Shown here: positions 11,825-23,535 of the stretch, one piece after another
How positions within the stretch are numbered: the first letter of the stretch is position 1
Layout: each line of letters starts with the position of its first letter
DNA from: an uncultured Actinomycetota bacterium
GTDB taxonomy: Bacteria; Actinomycetota; Actinomycetes; S36-B12
Reading direction: 5' to 3'
DNA: 64,000 nt
NCBI GenBank assembly: GCA_963749905.1
Contig: CAVVOF010000003.1
Location: forward strand, 980,235 to 1,044,234
Notes under the pieces: generated by a model
Told to the model about the DNA's origin: nothing
Seen by the model: the letters and a program-made list of their open reading frames with translations, nothing else
Database searches by the model: none
Position numbers and translations under genes: made by a program

Positions 11825-13614
11825 ATGCTCATCGTGACGGGCACGGTGCTGGTGCTCCTGACGTGGGCGGTGATGCTCGGGGCGGCGATGGGGACCGGGC
11901 TGTTGACCGCGATGGCGATCCACCGGCGGGCGCTGGCAACCGGGGGTTCCGAGGTTCGCCCTGTGGTGGGGACTTGCGCTGCTCGCGGTCCTGATCACCA
12001 GTGTCAGCCTCGTCCTGCCCCTGCGAGATGCGGGCGCTGCCGGCGCTGTCATCGGGCATCTGCGTCGTGATGGGGGGCTTCGGCTTGTGGGCCGCCTGGC
12101 GGGCCAGCGGCTCCCAGCCTCGGTCAGGTCGGTCATCTGCGCACGGGTCCCGTCGCGCGTGGCGATGGTTGCTGGCGGGTCGGCGTCGCGGCCGCCGTGG
12201 CCTACCTCGCTCTCGCGGCCCTCGGCCCGGTGACGAACTACGACTCGGGTCTCTACCACCTCGGGGCGATCGCCTACGCCGGCGACTACCGGGCGATCCC
12301 CGGCCTCGCCAACCTGTACTTCCCGTTCGGCTACGCGAACGCTGAGTTCCCGGTGGCGGCCTTCCTCGGCAACGGACCCTGGGACGGCGTCGGGTACCGG
12401 CTGCTCAACGGGCACTGGTCACCGCCATGGCCCTCGACCTCTCGCTCCGAGCTCGCTCGCCGACGTCTGGGTCCCGGATTCTTCGTCCTTGCGGTGGGCG
12501 CGGCGGCCGTCGCTCGTCCCGATGGTGGCCCTGTCGGACTACTGGGTCACCAGCCCGACCTCCGATTCCGCGGTACTCGTCTTGAGCGTCGTCTCGGCCG
12601 CGTACCTGGCGGACGCCGCCGCCTCGGCCCGCGCGGCCGCTCCCAGCGGATCGGTCGCGATCGTCACGGCGATGATGACGGTCCTGCTGAGACCGACGAT
12701 GGTGGTGTACGCCGTCGTGGTGGTGATTGTCGTGGTGGTGCTCGTGGTCCGGGCGCGCAGAGCGGGTCGGGGTGCTGGATCGACCGCTGCTCTGCTGCTG
12801 TCAGGGGGCCTGGCCGCGGCGGCTGCGATCGTGATGACGGCCCGGGACATCGTCCTCAGCGGCTGGCTTCAGTACCCGCTGTCGCTCGTCTCCTTCGATG
12901 CTCCCGTGGCGTGCCGCGGATCCGACTCAGTACCGCGTCCCGACGCTCGGTGCTGCACGCGATCCCGAGGACCTGTGGGCGGCCGCAGAGGGCTGGGGAT
13001 GGGTGGCGGGGTGGCTGCGCAGACTCCCCACGCAGTGGGAGACCTACGAATTCGCCGCCCTGGCTGTGGCCGCCCTGGCGTTGATCATTCTCGTCGCACG
13101 TTCAGGGGCGACAATGCGGGTGCGCTCGCTCATGGTGGTGATGGCACCAAGCGTGCTGGCGGTCGTGGTGTGGTGGGTTGCCACCCCACCGTCGTTCCGG
13201 TTCATCTGGGGGCCGTTGTTCTGCGTGGCGGCCGTTCCGGCAGGGTGGTCGCTGTGGCGACTCTCGCTGGGCGGCCCAGCTCATGGCAAGGGGACGTGCT
13301 TGGATTCCGTGGCTCACTGCGGTGGCTGTGGCCTTGCCGGTCACGGCTGTGGTCTTGGTCAGCGGGGTCGCCAGGTTCGATCCGGCGGCCCTCACAGAGG
13401 ACCGGACGTGGGACCTCGGAGTCCGCATCCCGTACTCGGTTGCCCCCGTGGTCGACGTGCCTGTTGTGGAGCAGCACCCTGTCCAGCGGCCTGACGGTGC
13501 TGTTGCCGACGCAAGTCGGATCAGTGCTGGCTCAACTACCCGTTGTGCACAGCACAGGTGGCCGACTCCGTTTCTCTGCGCGGCGATGGCATTCAGGACG
13601 GGTTCCTCCCCTGA
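11825..13614 (+). CDS. Polytopic membrane protein, LIC_10190-like / GT-C-like (many frameshifts)
   Basis: Many hydrophobic segments across frames; [14 protein letters not shown]...[13 protein letters not shown]; SPTSD; LSGWLQYP. Confidence 0.6.
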
Positions 13615-14578
13615 GCGAGGCGCCGTCGTGGGTAGGTCATCAGCGCTCGACCGAGGGCGGCGGCCCGACGGGTGCGCTGGAGCCCGTCGGATGCAGAGAG
13701 AGGTGTGGAGACTTCGACCACGTCAGCCGCGACGGCCGCCTCCTCACCGAAGGAGGATGCACGGGAGTAGACGATGCCCCGGGACCGAGAGAGAACGCGC
13801 CAGTCGACCATCGCGTCCACTCCTGCGCCGGCGGTCGAGCGGTCGAGGTTGGGCTCAGGCGCCGACCAGCCGGACAGTCCTAGGAGTTCGAGCTCCGCTA
13901 GCCACTGGACTCTGCCCTCTGGTGTGTCCGCTGCCACGAACACGGAGCTGATCCCGGTGCGCGTCGGCCAGTTGGCGGATGGCGTCGCGGATCGCGCGAG
14001 GCCGTGGGGCGGACACCGACCGGTCCGTCTGCCGCACGTGCAGGCCGATGAAGTCCTGACGATCGCCAACCGCGATGTCCGTGCTGAACGTGACCGGCGT
14101 CGCTCCAGGGAAGTCGCCGGTAGAAGTGCCGACGCTGCGCCGCGAACCCGTTGTCTGGATGAGAGGTGGAATCGTCCGCCCGCGATGATCAGCAGTGTCG
14201 TGGGACGACACGGGTGATCGAGAGCTTGGGTGAAGCTCGGACATGAACGCCTGCTCACCACGATCGTGCCCGGCGAGCACCACGAGGCGACGTGACTCGT
14301 CGACGGACAGATAGCGCGGCAATTCGTCGTGCATGCAGCCGAGCACATCACGCAGGGCCGAGTCGTCGATCAGCGAAGCACCGGGGCGCCCTGGGATGAA
14401 GAGGTCTGCAAAGGCCGCCGGAGCGACGTCCTCGGGCTCCCAATACACCGTCAGAGGGACGTCCAGCTCAGCGGCCAGGATGGCGCTCGACGCCCAGGCC
14501 TGGAGTCGGTTCACGTATCCGTTGCGCGGGACGACGATCACGCGCTCCGGCGAGTGGGTGCCACGGTTCGTCAGCCAT
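13593..14578 (-). CDS. O-fucosyltransferase-like (GT-B, GT11/23/68-type) glycosyltransferase (frameshifts)
   Basis: PRNGYVNRLQAWAS, IGLHVRQTD, VFVAAD, VDWRVLSRSRGIVYSRASSFGEEAA. ATG at 14578 has TAGGAT 7 nt upstream. Confidence 0.6.
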
Positions 14579-14630
14579 CGCGGCGATCCTATGGCTGAGG
14601 CGCTGCCCCGTGCGCCCCTAGAATCACCGG

Positions 14631-15719
14631 GTGCGGGTGGCCATAGACGAGCAGATCTTCGCCATCCAGCGCTATGGCGGGATCTCTCGAATGTTCGCAG
14701 AGCTCGCTCGGCAGTTCGTGCTGAACGAAGTCGCGGACGTGGATGTCCTGCCGTTCAATGCTCCGGTAGTCAACCGGTACCTGCTCGACCACCCTGAGAT
14801 CGGCGGACCGCTGGGCGCCCGCGCGGCGCGCAACGAGTGGACGGCGCTGGCCCGGTACCTGACCCGCCCTGGCACCCACCCATCGTGCGACATCGTGCAC
14901 AACTCGTTCTACCTGCCGCACGGGCTAGCGCCTGCACGAGGGGCGAAACGAGTCGTGACGGTTCACGACATGATCCCGGAACGACTCCCCCATACGCGTC
15001 GACGACTGGATTGGCTCACTCTCAAGCGTCGCTATGTGGACCACGCAGATCACATCATCTGCGTGTCTGAGTCAACGCAACGTGATCTGGAGGACGTCTA
15101 CGGACCGGTGAGCGCCCCCGTGACGGTGGTCAGCCACGGCGTGGATGAGCGATTCCATCCGGGCGCTCCTGTCCTCGACTTCCTGCCTGCACGGTATGTG
15201 CTGTTCGTGGGGAACCGCGGCGACTACAAGGACGCTCAGGTGCTGTTCGAGGCCTTCGCTCTGTTGGCGAAGGATCACGACGACCTGCACCTGCTGTGTG
15301 TGGGCGGCGCCGGGCTCGATCCACAGGAGATCGAGTGGCTCAAGGCGCGCGGCATCCGGGAACGGGTGTCGCAGCGGTACCTGTCGGACGCCGATATGGC
15401 CTCTGCGTACGCCCATGCCGAGGTCTTCGTCTTTCCGTCACGTTTCGAGGGCTTCGGGTTGCCGGCACTGGAGGCGATGGCCAGCGGGACTCCCGTGATC
15501 CTGGCGGATGCGACCTCCCTGCCCGAGGTGGGGGGAGACGCCGCCTTGTACTTCCCGCCGGGTGACGTCCGGCAGCTTCGCGTGGAAATCGACCGCCTAC
15601 TGGCGGATGCCGATCTTCGGCGGCGCCTGGTAGGTCTGGGGTTGGCACGAGCGGCGACGTTCACGTGGAGGACCGCAGCCGAGCGGACTGCGGCGGTGTA
15701 CCGGGAGACCCTCCAGTAG
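14631..15719 (+). CDS. GT4 glycosyltransferase
   Basis: IDEQIFAIQRYGGISR, VVTVHDMIPE, YVLFVGNRGDYK, FVFPSRFEGFGLPALEAMASG; intact. Confidence 0.92.
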   Translation: MRVAIDEQIFAIQRYGGISRMFAELARQFVLNEVADVDVLPFNAPVVNRYLLDHPEIGGPLGARAARNEWTALARYLTRPGTHPSCDIVHNSFYLPHGLAPARGAKRVVTVHDMIPERLPHTRRRLDWLTLKRRYVDHADHIICVSESTQRDLEDVYGPVSAPVTVVSHGVDERFHPGAPVLDFLPARYVLFVGNRGDYKDAQVLFEAFALLAKDHDDLHLLCVGGAGLDPQEIEWLKARGIRERVSQRYLSDADMASAYAHAEVFVFPSRFEGFGLPALEAMASGTPVILADATSLPEVGGDAALYFPPGDVRQLRVEIDRLLADADLRRRLVGLGLARAATFTWRTAAERTAAVYRETLQ

Positions 15720-15720
15720 C

Positions 15721-17268
15721 GTGGAACCCGCCATGGAGTCCTCCACAAACCCGCATGACGAGCGAGTCGAACGCTCCTCGTTGGCCGACTACCTGAGGAC
15801 GAGCCTCGGTCCACTCGAGAGTGCCCACGTGCTGCTCACGGGCTTCAATCACTGGGCCTTCGCGATGGCAGCGGTGGCGGAGACCGCGCTCTGCCTGAAG
15901 GAGATGGGCTCCGCGGTCAGCCTGGCGCTGTGGTCGGACCGCACGCCGATGCGGGACGAGGGTTGGGAGGCCGGCCGCCGCGTGAGCCGGGTCCTCGCCG
16001 ACTCGCTCCCCGGACGCGAACCTCGAACTTGGTCTGATCAAGTCGGGGATATCCCCGGCCGCGTTCGCGGACCCGCCCATCCGTGGGTGGCGGCCGGTCG
16101 AGCCGATCGTGATTCCCCGGCGCTTGAACCGAAGCGAGATCCGGGCGCTCACCTATCGGGGCACTCCGATGGGCAAGGCCATCCTCCAAGTGCATCCAGA
16201 CCGGAATACGCCCATCACCGATGACCACTACTGGCCTCGTCGCTGGATCACCAACGCCGCACGCTCGTATGCGTTCGTGCTCGACCAGACGCTCGCCCTG
16301 GTCAAGCAGAGGGGCATCACCGCGGCACTGGCCTTCAACGGGAGGTTCCTGCATGACCGGGCGGTAGCCGAGGCCGCAGCCCTCGCCGGGATCCCGCTGC
16401 TGTCGACGGACCTTGGCGGCACCGACGCCGACTTCGAGTTGACTGTCGAGCCGACTCACGATTGGGCCGCATTCCAGCGCCGCATCCTCGAGCTTGTACG
16501 CGGCTTGGGATCCGAGCGATCGGGATGCCGTTGGCAGCGGTTGGTTCCTCGACCGGGTGGAGCACCGCGATCCCCAGAACTCGCTGTTCGTCGAGGCGCA
16601 GCGCCGAGGTGAGATGCCCGAGATCCCTCAGGATCGGAAGGTCGTGGTCGTTCTTCAGCTCGTCCGGCGACGAGATGGCCGAACTGGACTTCGACTGGAA
16701 GCAGTACTTCGGTGGTCAGGGCGCTGCCCTGAAGGCTCTTGCGGAGGCCTGCCGCGAGCGCCCAGACACGTTCTTGGTGGTCCGATCACACCCGCACAAG
16801 CGCATCAAGCCCGCGCGCGACGTCGAGGACTGGATGGCGGACGTCGCGGCGGCTGCCCCGGACATGCACCTCGACCCGTTCTCCCCGATCGACTCCTACA
16901 CACTCATGCGCAGGGCGGATGTCGTCGTCACCTACGGGTCAACGACGGGCATCGAGGCTGCCTTCGCTCGCAAGCCGGTGATCGTCATGGGGCCGTCGGC
17001 GTACGGCGAACTGGGCTGCGTGACGGTCGTGCAATCCGAGGAGCAGCTGAAGGCGGCCTTGGATGATCCGGAACCGGGGGACTGGTCTGGAGCGGTGGCT
17101 TTCGGATTGATGATGCGCAAGCGCGGGTTCCGGGTGCGGCACATCGAGAGGCTCGAGGGCGGTGGCTACCGCGTCGGAGGCGTCACCCTAGGCGAGGTCC
17201 GTCCCGCGGCCCGCCATGCCAGTCACCTGCTGGACAGGACGCGGCGGGCCTATCTGAGGAGGAAATGA
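15721..17268 (+). CDS. KpsS/KpsC-like capsule-synthesis family protein, candidate ulosonic-acid transferase (frameshifts)
   Basis: FNGRF, FFSSSGDE, LVVRSHPH, IDSYTLMRRADVVVTYGSTTGIEAA..KPVIV. Confidence 0.7.
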
Positions 17269-17940
17269 GCACGATGGTGGACGTCCGGACGACAGCGCGT
17301 CGAGTTCCCTTCAGCACCGAGATATACGAGTACGTGACGACACGTTCCAGGATGCGCCGGTCCAGGAGCGTGGCCCGAAGAATCCTCGAGTCAGGTCGGG
17401 AGATCAAACTCGACCTCGGTGGAGGGTATGCACCGGGACGCAACGGCTGGGTCAACGTCGACGTGTCGAACGAGGCGGACTTGTTCTGGGACCTTCGCTA
17501 CGGAATCCCCTTCCCGGACGGCACCGTCGACCGGCTGTACTCGAGCCACCTGTTCGAGCACCTGACGTACGAGCAGGGCCGGGCCCTGCTCGATGAGTGC
17601 ATGCGGGTCCTGAAGCCCGGCGGGTCGGTCTCGATCGTCGTGCCGAACGCCCGGATGTTCATCGAGGCCTACCTGTCCGGACGGCCGCTGCCTGCCGAGT
17701 ACCTCGGATGGGAGCCGGCGAACAATCACACGACCGCCATTGACGCGGTCAACTATGTCGCCTACATGGCTGGCGAGCACAAGTACATGTTCGACCAGGA
17801 GAACCTCCTGCACGTCCTCACTGCACGAGGCTTCGAACGGGTCGAGCGGCGGGACTTCGATCCCGGAGACGGATCTGCAGGAGCGGGACTTCGAGAGCAT
17901 CTACGCGATCGGCTACAAGCCGGACCGCGTCAGCCGATGA
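17265..17940 (+). CDS. Class I SAM-dependent methyltransferase (frameshift near the end)
   Basis: KLDLGGGY, WVNVD, DLRYGIPFPDGTVD, SHLFEHL, RVLKPGG, HKYMFD. Confidence 0.85.
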
Positions 17941-19023
17941 GGAGTTGCCAGGTCGTGACGGCCTGGTCCACGACGTTGGCATAGACGACGTCGGATCCCC
18001 ATAGGGTCACCACCGGTGCGAGCCAGACGAGGGTTTCGACAAGTCGAAGCTCGTTCGTCTGCGCGTCCCTCCGGTGCAAGTAGGCCACCGTCAGCAGGAG
18101 CAGGGCAGGTGCCATCACCAGAACGAACACGCGGGGGCGGTCACCGCTGAGCACCGTGGCGGCGACGCCGACCACGAAGGCGCCCGCGAGAACCAGTCGG
18201 GCACGGGGCAGTGGCTGAGAAAGCCAGAAGGCGACGACGATCGCCCACGACCCGGCGAACAGTGACCACAGCAGCATCGGCCCGGTGTTGATGGCCACCT
18301 TCGTCCAGTCGGCGACATAGGGGCCGAGCCAGGCAGTTCGACCGGACGTCGCCGAGCCCGCCGTGATCAGGATGAGCAGCAGCAGCACCTTGCCGGCGAG
18401 GATGCCGATCACACCCCAGCCGGGGTTGGTGTCGCGCAGCCGCCCGGGGAGTTCTGGACGCACGCCGATCCAGACCAGGACGAGGGCCGCCATCCCGAGC
18501 AGGCCGTGCTCGAGGTGCTGAAAGCCGAGGAGTGCCCCGGAGACGGCGAGCAACGCCCTGGACCCGGACAGCCACGAGAACAGGACGACCGCCCAGGCCA
18601 GCATCGTCCAGGGGTCATAGAAGCCGAGCCAGGTGGCCAGCACGCCGATCACCGGGGACAGGACAGCCAGGCGGGCAGCCCGCCAGCGCTGCGTTCTCGG
18701 TGCATTGAGCCACGCCCACGCTCCCCAGCAGCCGGCAACGGCTGCCGATTGCGGCCACGCTCAGCCAGAGGTATGCAGATGGGGATCCGGCGCCGACGAG
18801 CCTGGCGAGCAGTAGCCCGAGTGGGCTGTCGGTGTAGAAGGCCTCGAACTCTCCTGGCAACCGCTGGGGCCAGGCCTGTGCGGCCGCGAGGAGTGCGTCC
18901 AGTGAGGGCGTGACGGTCGGGCCGGCACGCAGGATCGACCAGCCGAGGGCGAGCAACGACGCTGAGGACAGCGATCAGCGAGACCGAGCGGCGGGCACTC
19001 CTAGGCTCGGTCGGGAGGCTCAC
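17930..19023 (-). CDS. Polytopic membrane protein of unknown function (frameshifts)
   Basis: More than 8 hydrophobic segments, including YTDSPLG, FYDPWT, FQHLEHG and GDRPRVF. GTG at 19023 has TAAAGT 7 nt upstream. Confidence 0.55.
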
Positions 19024-19103
19024 GTAGAGCACTTTAGGGCGACCGCCTCCTGACGGGGTCCCTTACACTCGTCACGCCCAGAACTCGTCGGGGAAGAGGA
19101 TGC

Positions 19104-20800
19104 ATGCCTGAACGGCGGTGGTCCGAGACGGCCCTCGCGTGCGGCTCGATCGGTGCATCTCCCCGCAGCACTTGCCGCCGGTGTCGGACTGCTGACAATC
19201 GCGCTGACCTACGGGGTCTTCGCCGGGTGGGCGACGCTAGGGGAGGGATCGGACCTCGCGACCTACCTGCTTCCTGTGCGAGGGCTCCTTGATGGCGGGC
19301 CGGTCCTCTACGTCGACCTCTTCGACATCAAGCCACCGTTGACGTATGCCTTGCTGGTCCCCGTGGTCGCGCTCACGGGCGGTGCGGCTCGTGCTGGCTC
19401 TGGGCTGCCTACGCCCTGCTCTTGGCGGGCATGCTGGCGGGGACGTGGCTGCTGCTGCGAAGCGTGTTGCCACCGTGGCCCAGCCTGGTGCCGTTCGTGT
19501 CAGCCTGCATGATCGGCGTCTACTTCAGCCTGTTCAACGAGTTGTTCTTCGCCACCGAGGTGCTCGGCATCGTGCTCGTCCTGCGGCGCTCTCGTACTGG
19601 TCATCCGACGTGGACCCGGCACAGTTTCGCTCCTGCGTCGCGGGCGCCCTGACGGGGTCGGCGGGACAGGTGAAGGAGGTCTTCATCTTCTCCGTTCTCG
19701 CCGCTCGTGCCCTTGGCCGTTCGCCATCGCCGGGGTCCGTGGATTGGTCTGGCATGGCTTGTCGGCGGTGCCTTCACGGCGCCTCGTGGCCAGCGTGGTC
19801 GTCCTCCTCATGTGGGGTGCCAGGTGCTCTGCCGGGATACCTCGAGGTGCTCGGGTTCAAGCGGGGGCGGTTCCCTGCCCCGACGCCCGGTGAGGTGGTG
19901 ACTCGACTCCTGTCATATGGGTGGGAGCTCATGCCATTGGCTGCCCCTTGCCGGGGCCCTGCTCGCCGTGTTGGGAACGGTGGCGGCGACGTCGTCGATG
20001 GCTCGGAGGCGTATCACCTCGATCAGCCCGACGTCCGCCGAGGTGGCCCTTGGGTCCTGCCGTTCGTGGTTTCGCGGCGGGTTTCGCCATGGCAGGGATT
20101 CGCCCTTCACGCGTCACTACGCCCTGGCATAGCTGTCGATCCCCCCTCTGGGCTTCCGCAGCTCGGTGCGGGACTGGGCTGCCATGGAGTCTGGCGCGTG
20201 GCGTGCACGCTGTCCCCGATTGTCGGCCCGGTCCTCTCGGCGCTCGTGCCTGATCGGCCTCCTGCTGGCGGTCAGCTCGGTGCTCTGGTTCGGCCAGGTG
20301 CGTCACGGGCTTCTCTCCCGGCGGGCTCGTCGCGCGCGTCGGGGACACTGGAGTCGGCGGGTCGCTGGCGCGCTTCCGTACCTCGTGGTCGGACGTTGAC
20401 CGCCGCCGGTGACTGCATCCAGGTCGCCTACGGATGGTCCGCCAGTGCGTACTACTGGTACGCCGGACCGCGACCCTGTGCTCGCGCTTCTACGTTCCGC
20501 CGCTCGACCTGAGCCCGGATCTGCGGCCGGGAGTACCAGCGGCGCATTATGGATCCGGCGGCCCGGACCGCGCTCATCGTCTACGACCCGGCTCTCGCGG
20601 TCTCGACCACCGTCCCGGCGGAGGAGGGCACTCCGGACGAGGTCATCTTCCCCTTCGCCGCGGTCGTGGCCGCCTGCTATCGAGCCGGTGGTCGGGAACC
20701 GTGCTGTTCTTCCCGTCCGGGGGCGGATGCGGACGGCGACCTCCGCCATGCATCGCCGAGCAGGTGTCCCGGGAGATCCGCAGCCGGCCGCCAGTCCTGA
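19104..20800 (+). CDS. GT-C-like (ArnT/GT39-type) membrane glycosyltransferase (many frameshifts)
   Basis: LYVDLFDIKPP motif after the first TM; QVKEVF; several TMs; C-terminal extracellular domain (QVAYGWSASAYYWY). Confidence 0.6.
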
Positions 20801-20827
20801 CAGGATGGGGTCGAAGGAGGCAGCGAG

Positions 20828-22152
20828 ATGGGTGGAAGAGGACGGTGCGCCCCGTCGAGGGCGGCTTCATGCACGACCTGGCGCGGGACTGTTCCCCATC
20901 ACGCGCAGCATCACCGGCGACGGCGTGCGCGCCAGACGCTGGCGATCCTGGGCGGGACCTGCCCGGCCTCATGATCCACGAGGTGCCCAGCGGCACGCCG
21001 GCCCTCGACTGGACCGTCCCCGACGAGTGGAACATCCGCGCGCGCCTACCTCGAGGGCCCGGCCGGCCGTCGCATCTCGACCTCGCCGACAGCAACCTGC
21101 ACGTGGTCGGCTACTCCGTGCCGGTCGACGCGGGCACTGACCCTCGGAGGAGCTGCAGCCCCACCTGCACTGCGATCGCCGAGCTACCCGACGCGATCCC
21201 GTACGTCACGAGCTACTACAACCCGCACGTGGGGCTTCTGCCTGACCGAGCAGCGTGCGGCAGTCGCTGGAGCCGGGCGAGTACCGCGCCGTCATCGACA
21301 GCACGCTGGAACCCGGCAGCCTGACCTACGCCGACCTGGTCATCCCCGGCGACACCGACCGAGGAGGTGTTCGTCACCACCTACGTCTGCCACCCGTCGC
21401 TGGCGCAACAACGAGCTGTCGGGTCCGGTGGTGGCCACCGCCCTGGCCCGGTGGGTGCTGTCGCTGCCCCGGCGGCGTTACACCTACCGATTCGTGTTCG
21501 CGCCCGAGACCATCGGCGCGCTCACCTACACCAGCCGGCACCTGTGAGCACCTGCGCGAGCACGTGATCGCCGGCTTCAACCTGACGTGCATCGGCGACG
21601 ACGGGCGACTACTCGTACCTGGCTTCCCGGCGGGCGACCTCGAGTTGGATCGCATCGGCACGTCGTGCTGTCGAACTCGGACGCCCGCAGTCGAGTACTC
21701 CTACCTCGACCGCGGAAGCGACGAGCGGCAGTACGGCGCCCCCGGGATCGATCTGCCGATGATCTCGCTCATGCGCACCAAGTACGGGGAGTATCCCGAG
21801 TACCACACGTCGCTCGACGACCTGACGTTCGTCACCCCGACGGGCCTGCAGGGTGGGCTCGACCTCGTCCGCGATTGCATCGAGGCGGTGGAGGTTGAAC
21901 GAGTACTACGAGGCGACGGTGCTGGGCGAGCCACAGTTCGGCCGTCGCGGGCTGTACCACCTCGTGCGCCCGCGGGTGGTGGAGGACGTGGTGTACCTGC
22001 GCAGGAACGTCCTGGCATACGCCGACGGTGAGCACTCGGTGGTCGACATGGCGGTGTTGTTCGGGCTGCCCATCGGGGATGTCGCGGCTGTGGTGGACGA
22101 GTTGACGTCACACGGACTGCTGAGACGAGTCGATAGGGACAGGACGGTGTGA
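20828..22152 (+). CDS. DUF4910 domain protein (M28 peptidase-like with C-terminal HTH; frameshifts)
   Basis: [104 protein letters not shown] before ATG at 20828. Confidence 0.88.
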
Positions 22153-22859
22153 TGGCGGCCGACGCCCTTGCCATCATCCCTGCGCGCGGCGGGTCGCGGC
22201 GGTTTCCCGGAAGAACCTCAGGGAGATGTCCGGCCGGCCGTTGATCGCTTGGGCCATCGAGACGGCCCTTGCTTCGGGGGAGTTCGGGCTGGTCGTGGTG
22301 TCGACAGACGACGATGAGATCGCTGAGGTGGCGCGTGCATCGGGGGCCGACGTACCGTTCGTCCGCCCGAAGGCACTGTCGGGCGATCATGCGACGACGG
22401 GTGCTGTCATGGCGCACGCGGTCGCGTACCTCCAGCGGACGGGCTTCGCGGGCACCGACGTCTGCTGCGTCTACCCGGGGGCGATCTTCGTGGTGCCTGA
22501 CGATCTCGTGGCCAGCCGCAGGATGCTCGACGTCCACCCGCCCGAGGACTATGTGATGGCGGTCGTCGGGTATCCGCATCCGGTGCAGCGTGCGCTTAGG
22601 GTCGACTCCACTGGAGTGGCGCTGCCGGTCAACCCGGAGTTCGTTCGCACGCGCACTCAGGATCTCGAGCCACGTGGCATGACGCGGGGCAGTTCTATTG
22701 GGGTACCGCAGAGCGTGGTCGCAGGATCTGCCGGTGCATGGGAACGCCCGTGCGTATGTCCTCGACGGCCGGCAGGTCGTCGACATCGACTCTGAGGATG
22801 ACTGGAGGCATGCCGAGTGGCTGCATGATCGGATGCTCCGCGAGCCTCCTAAGCCGTGA
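22152..22859 (+). CDS. pseF: Pseudaminic acid cytidylyltransferase (CMP-Pse synthetase; frameshifts)
   Basis: AIIPARGGS, GRPLIAWAI, VVVSTDDDEIA, VPFVRP, CCVYP, RTRTQDLE, DIDSEDDW. TGATG overlap with DUF4910. Confidence 0.85.
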
Positions 22860-23535
22860 GCAGGCGCCTGGTGTCGGGGCCGACGTTGAGCAGGGCATCG
22901 ACTGCGGACAGGTACGGCACGAAAGGGCCGTGGAGCTGCGGGTACTCGGGGTGCGGATAGGAGTGATACTCCACGGTGATCCCGTGGGCGGCGAAGCCAG
23001 TCTCCTGCGAGGTGTACGGACGCGACCCGCCGCGCGCGAGGTAGTGGGAGGCGCCCAGTTCGCGGCATTGGGCAACGGTCAACTCTGTGCGGCGCCCCGT
23101 CGCGCTCAGATCGCTTCCGAGGATGATCCGGGTCGTGATGCCCATCTGTGCAGCCAGCCAGCGGATCGGTACACGCGTTGAACGAGCCGAGCAAGGGCAT
23201 GCCGCTCTTAACGAGATCGGTGAGCCCGGGAAGGTACTGAGCCGCGAACGGCGACTTGCGCGTACGGCGGTCTGCAGTGACTTGGCGTGGGTAGCGCCGA
23301 ACCGGGTCTCGAGGTTGATCTCGGGTGGCGGCGATGGGCCGCTCGCACCGGTCCCTTGCGGATCGGGATCGTCAGCATCAGCTCCCCCTGGGAGGTCTTG
23401 ATCCGGTTCCGCTGCTGCCAGCTGGACTTCTCGTACTGCACGTTGTCGAGCAGCACGAAGACATCGACCCGCGCCATCATGTCGAAGTAGCCCAGCCACG
23501 GAAGATACGGTCGGCTGCATGATTGCCACCTTCAC
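22849..23535 (-). CDS. WbqC family protein (putative glycyl/aminoacyl transferase; frameshifts)
   Basis: VAIMQP..PWLGYFDMMARVDVFVLLDNVQYEKSSWQQRNRIKT, YPHPEYPQLHGPFVPYLSAVDALLNVG. Confidence 0.9.
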   Translation of the reverse strand: MKVAIMQPTVSSVAGLLRHDGAGRCLRAARQRAVREVQLAAAEPDQDLPGGADADDPDPQGTGASGPSPPPEINLETRFGATHAKSLQTAVRASRRSRLSTFPGSPISLRAACPCSARSTRVPIRWLAAQMGITTRIILGSDLSATGRRTELTVAQCRELGASHYLARGGSRPYTSQETGFAAHGITVEYHSYPHPEYPQLHGPFVPYLSAVDALLNVGPDTRRLLTA

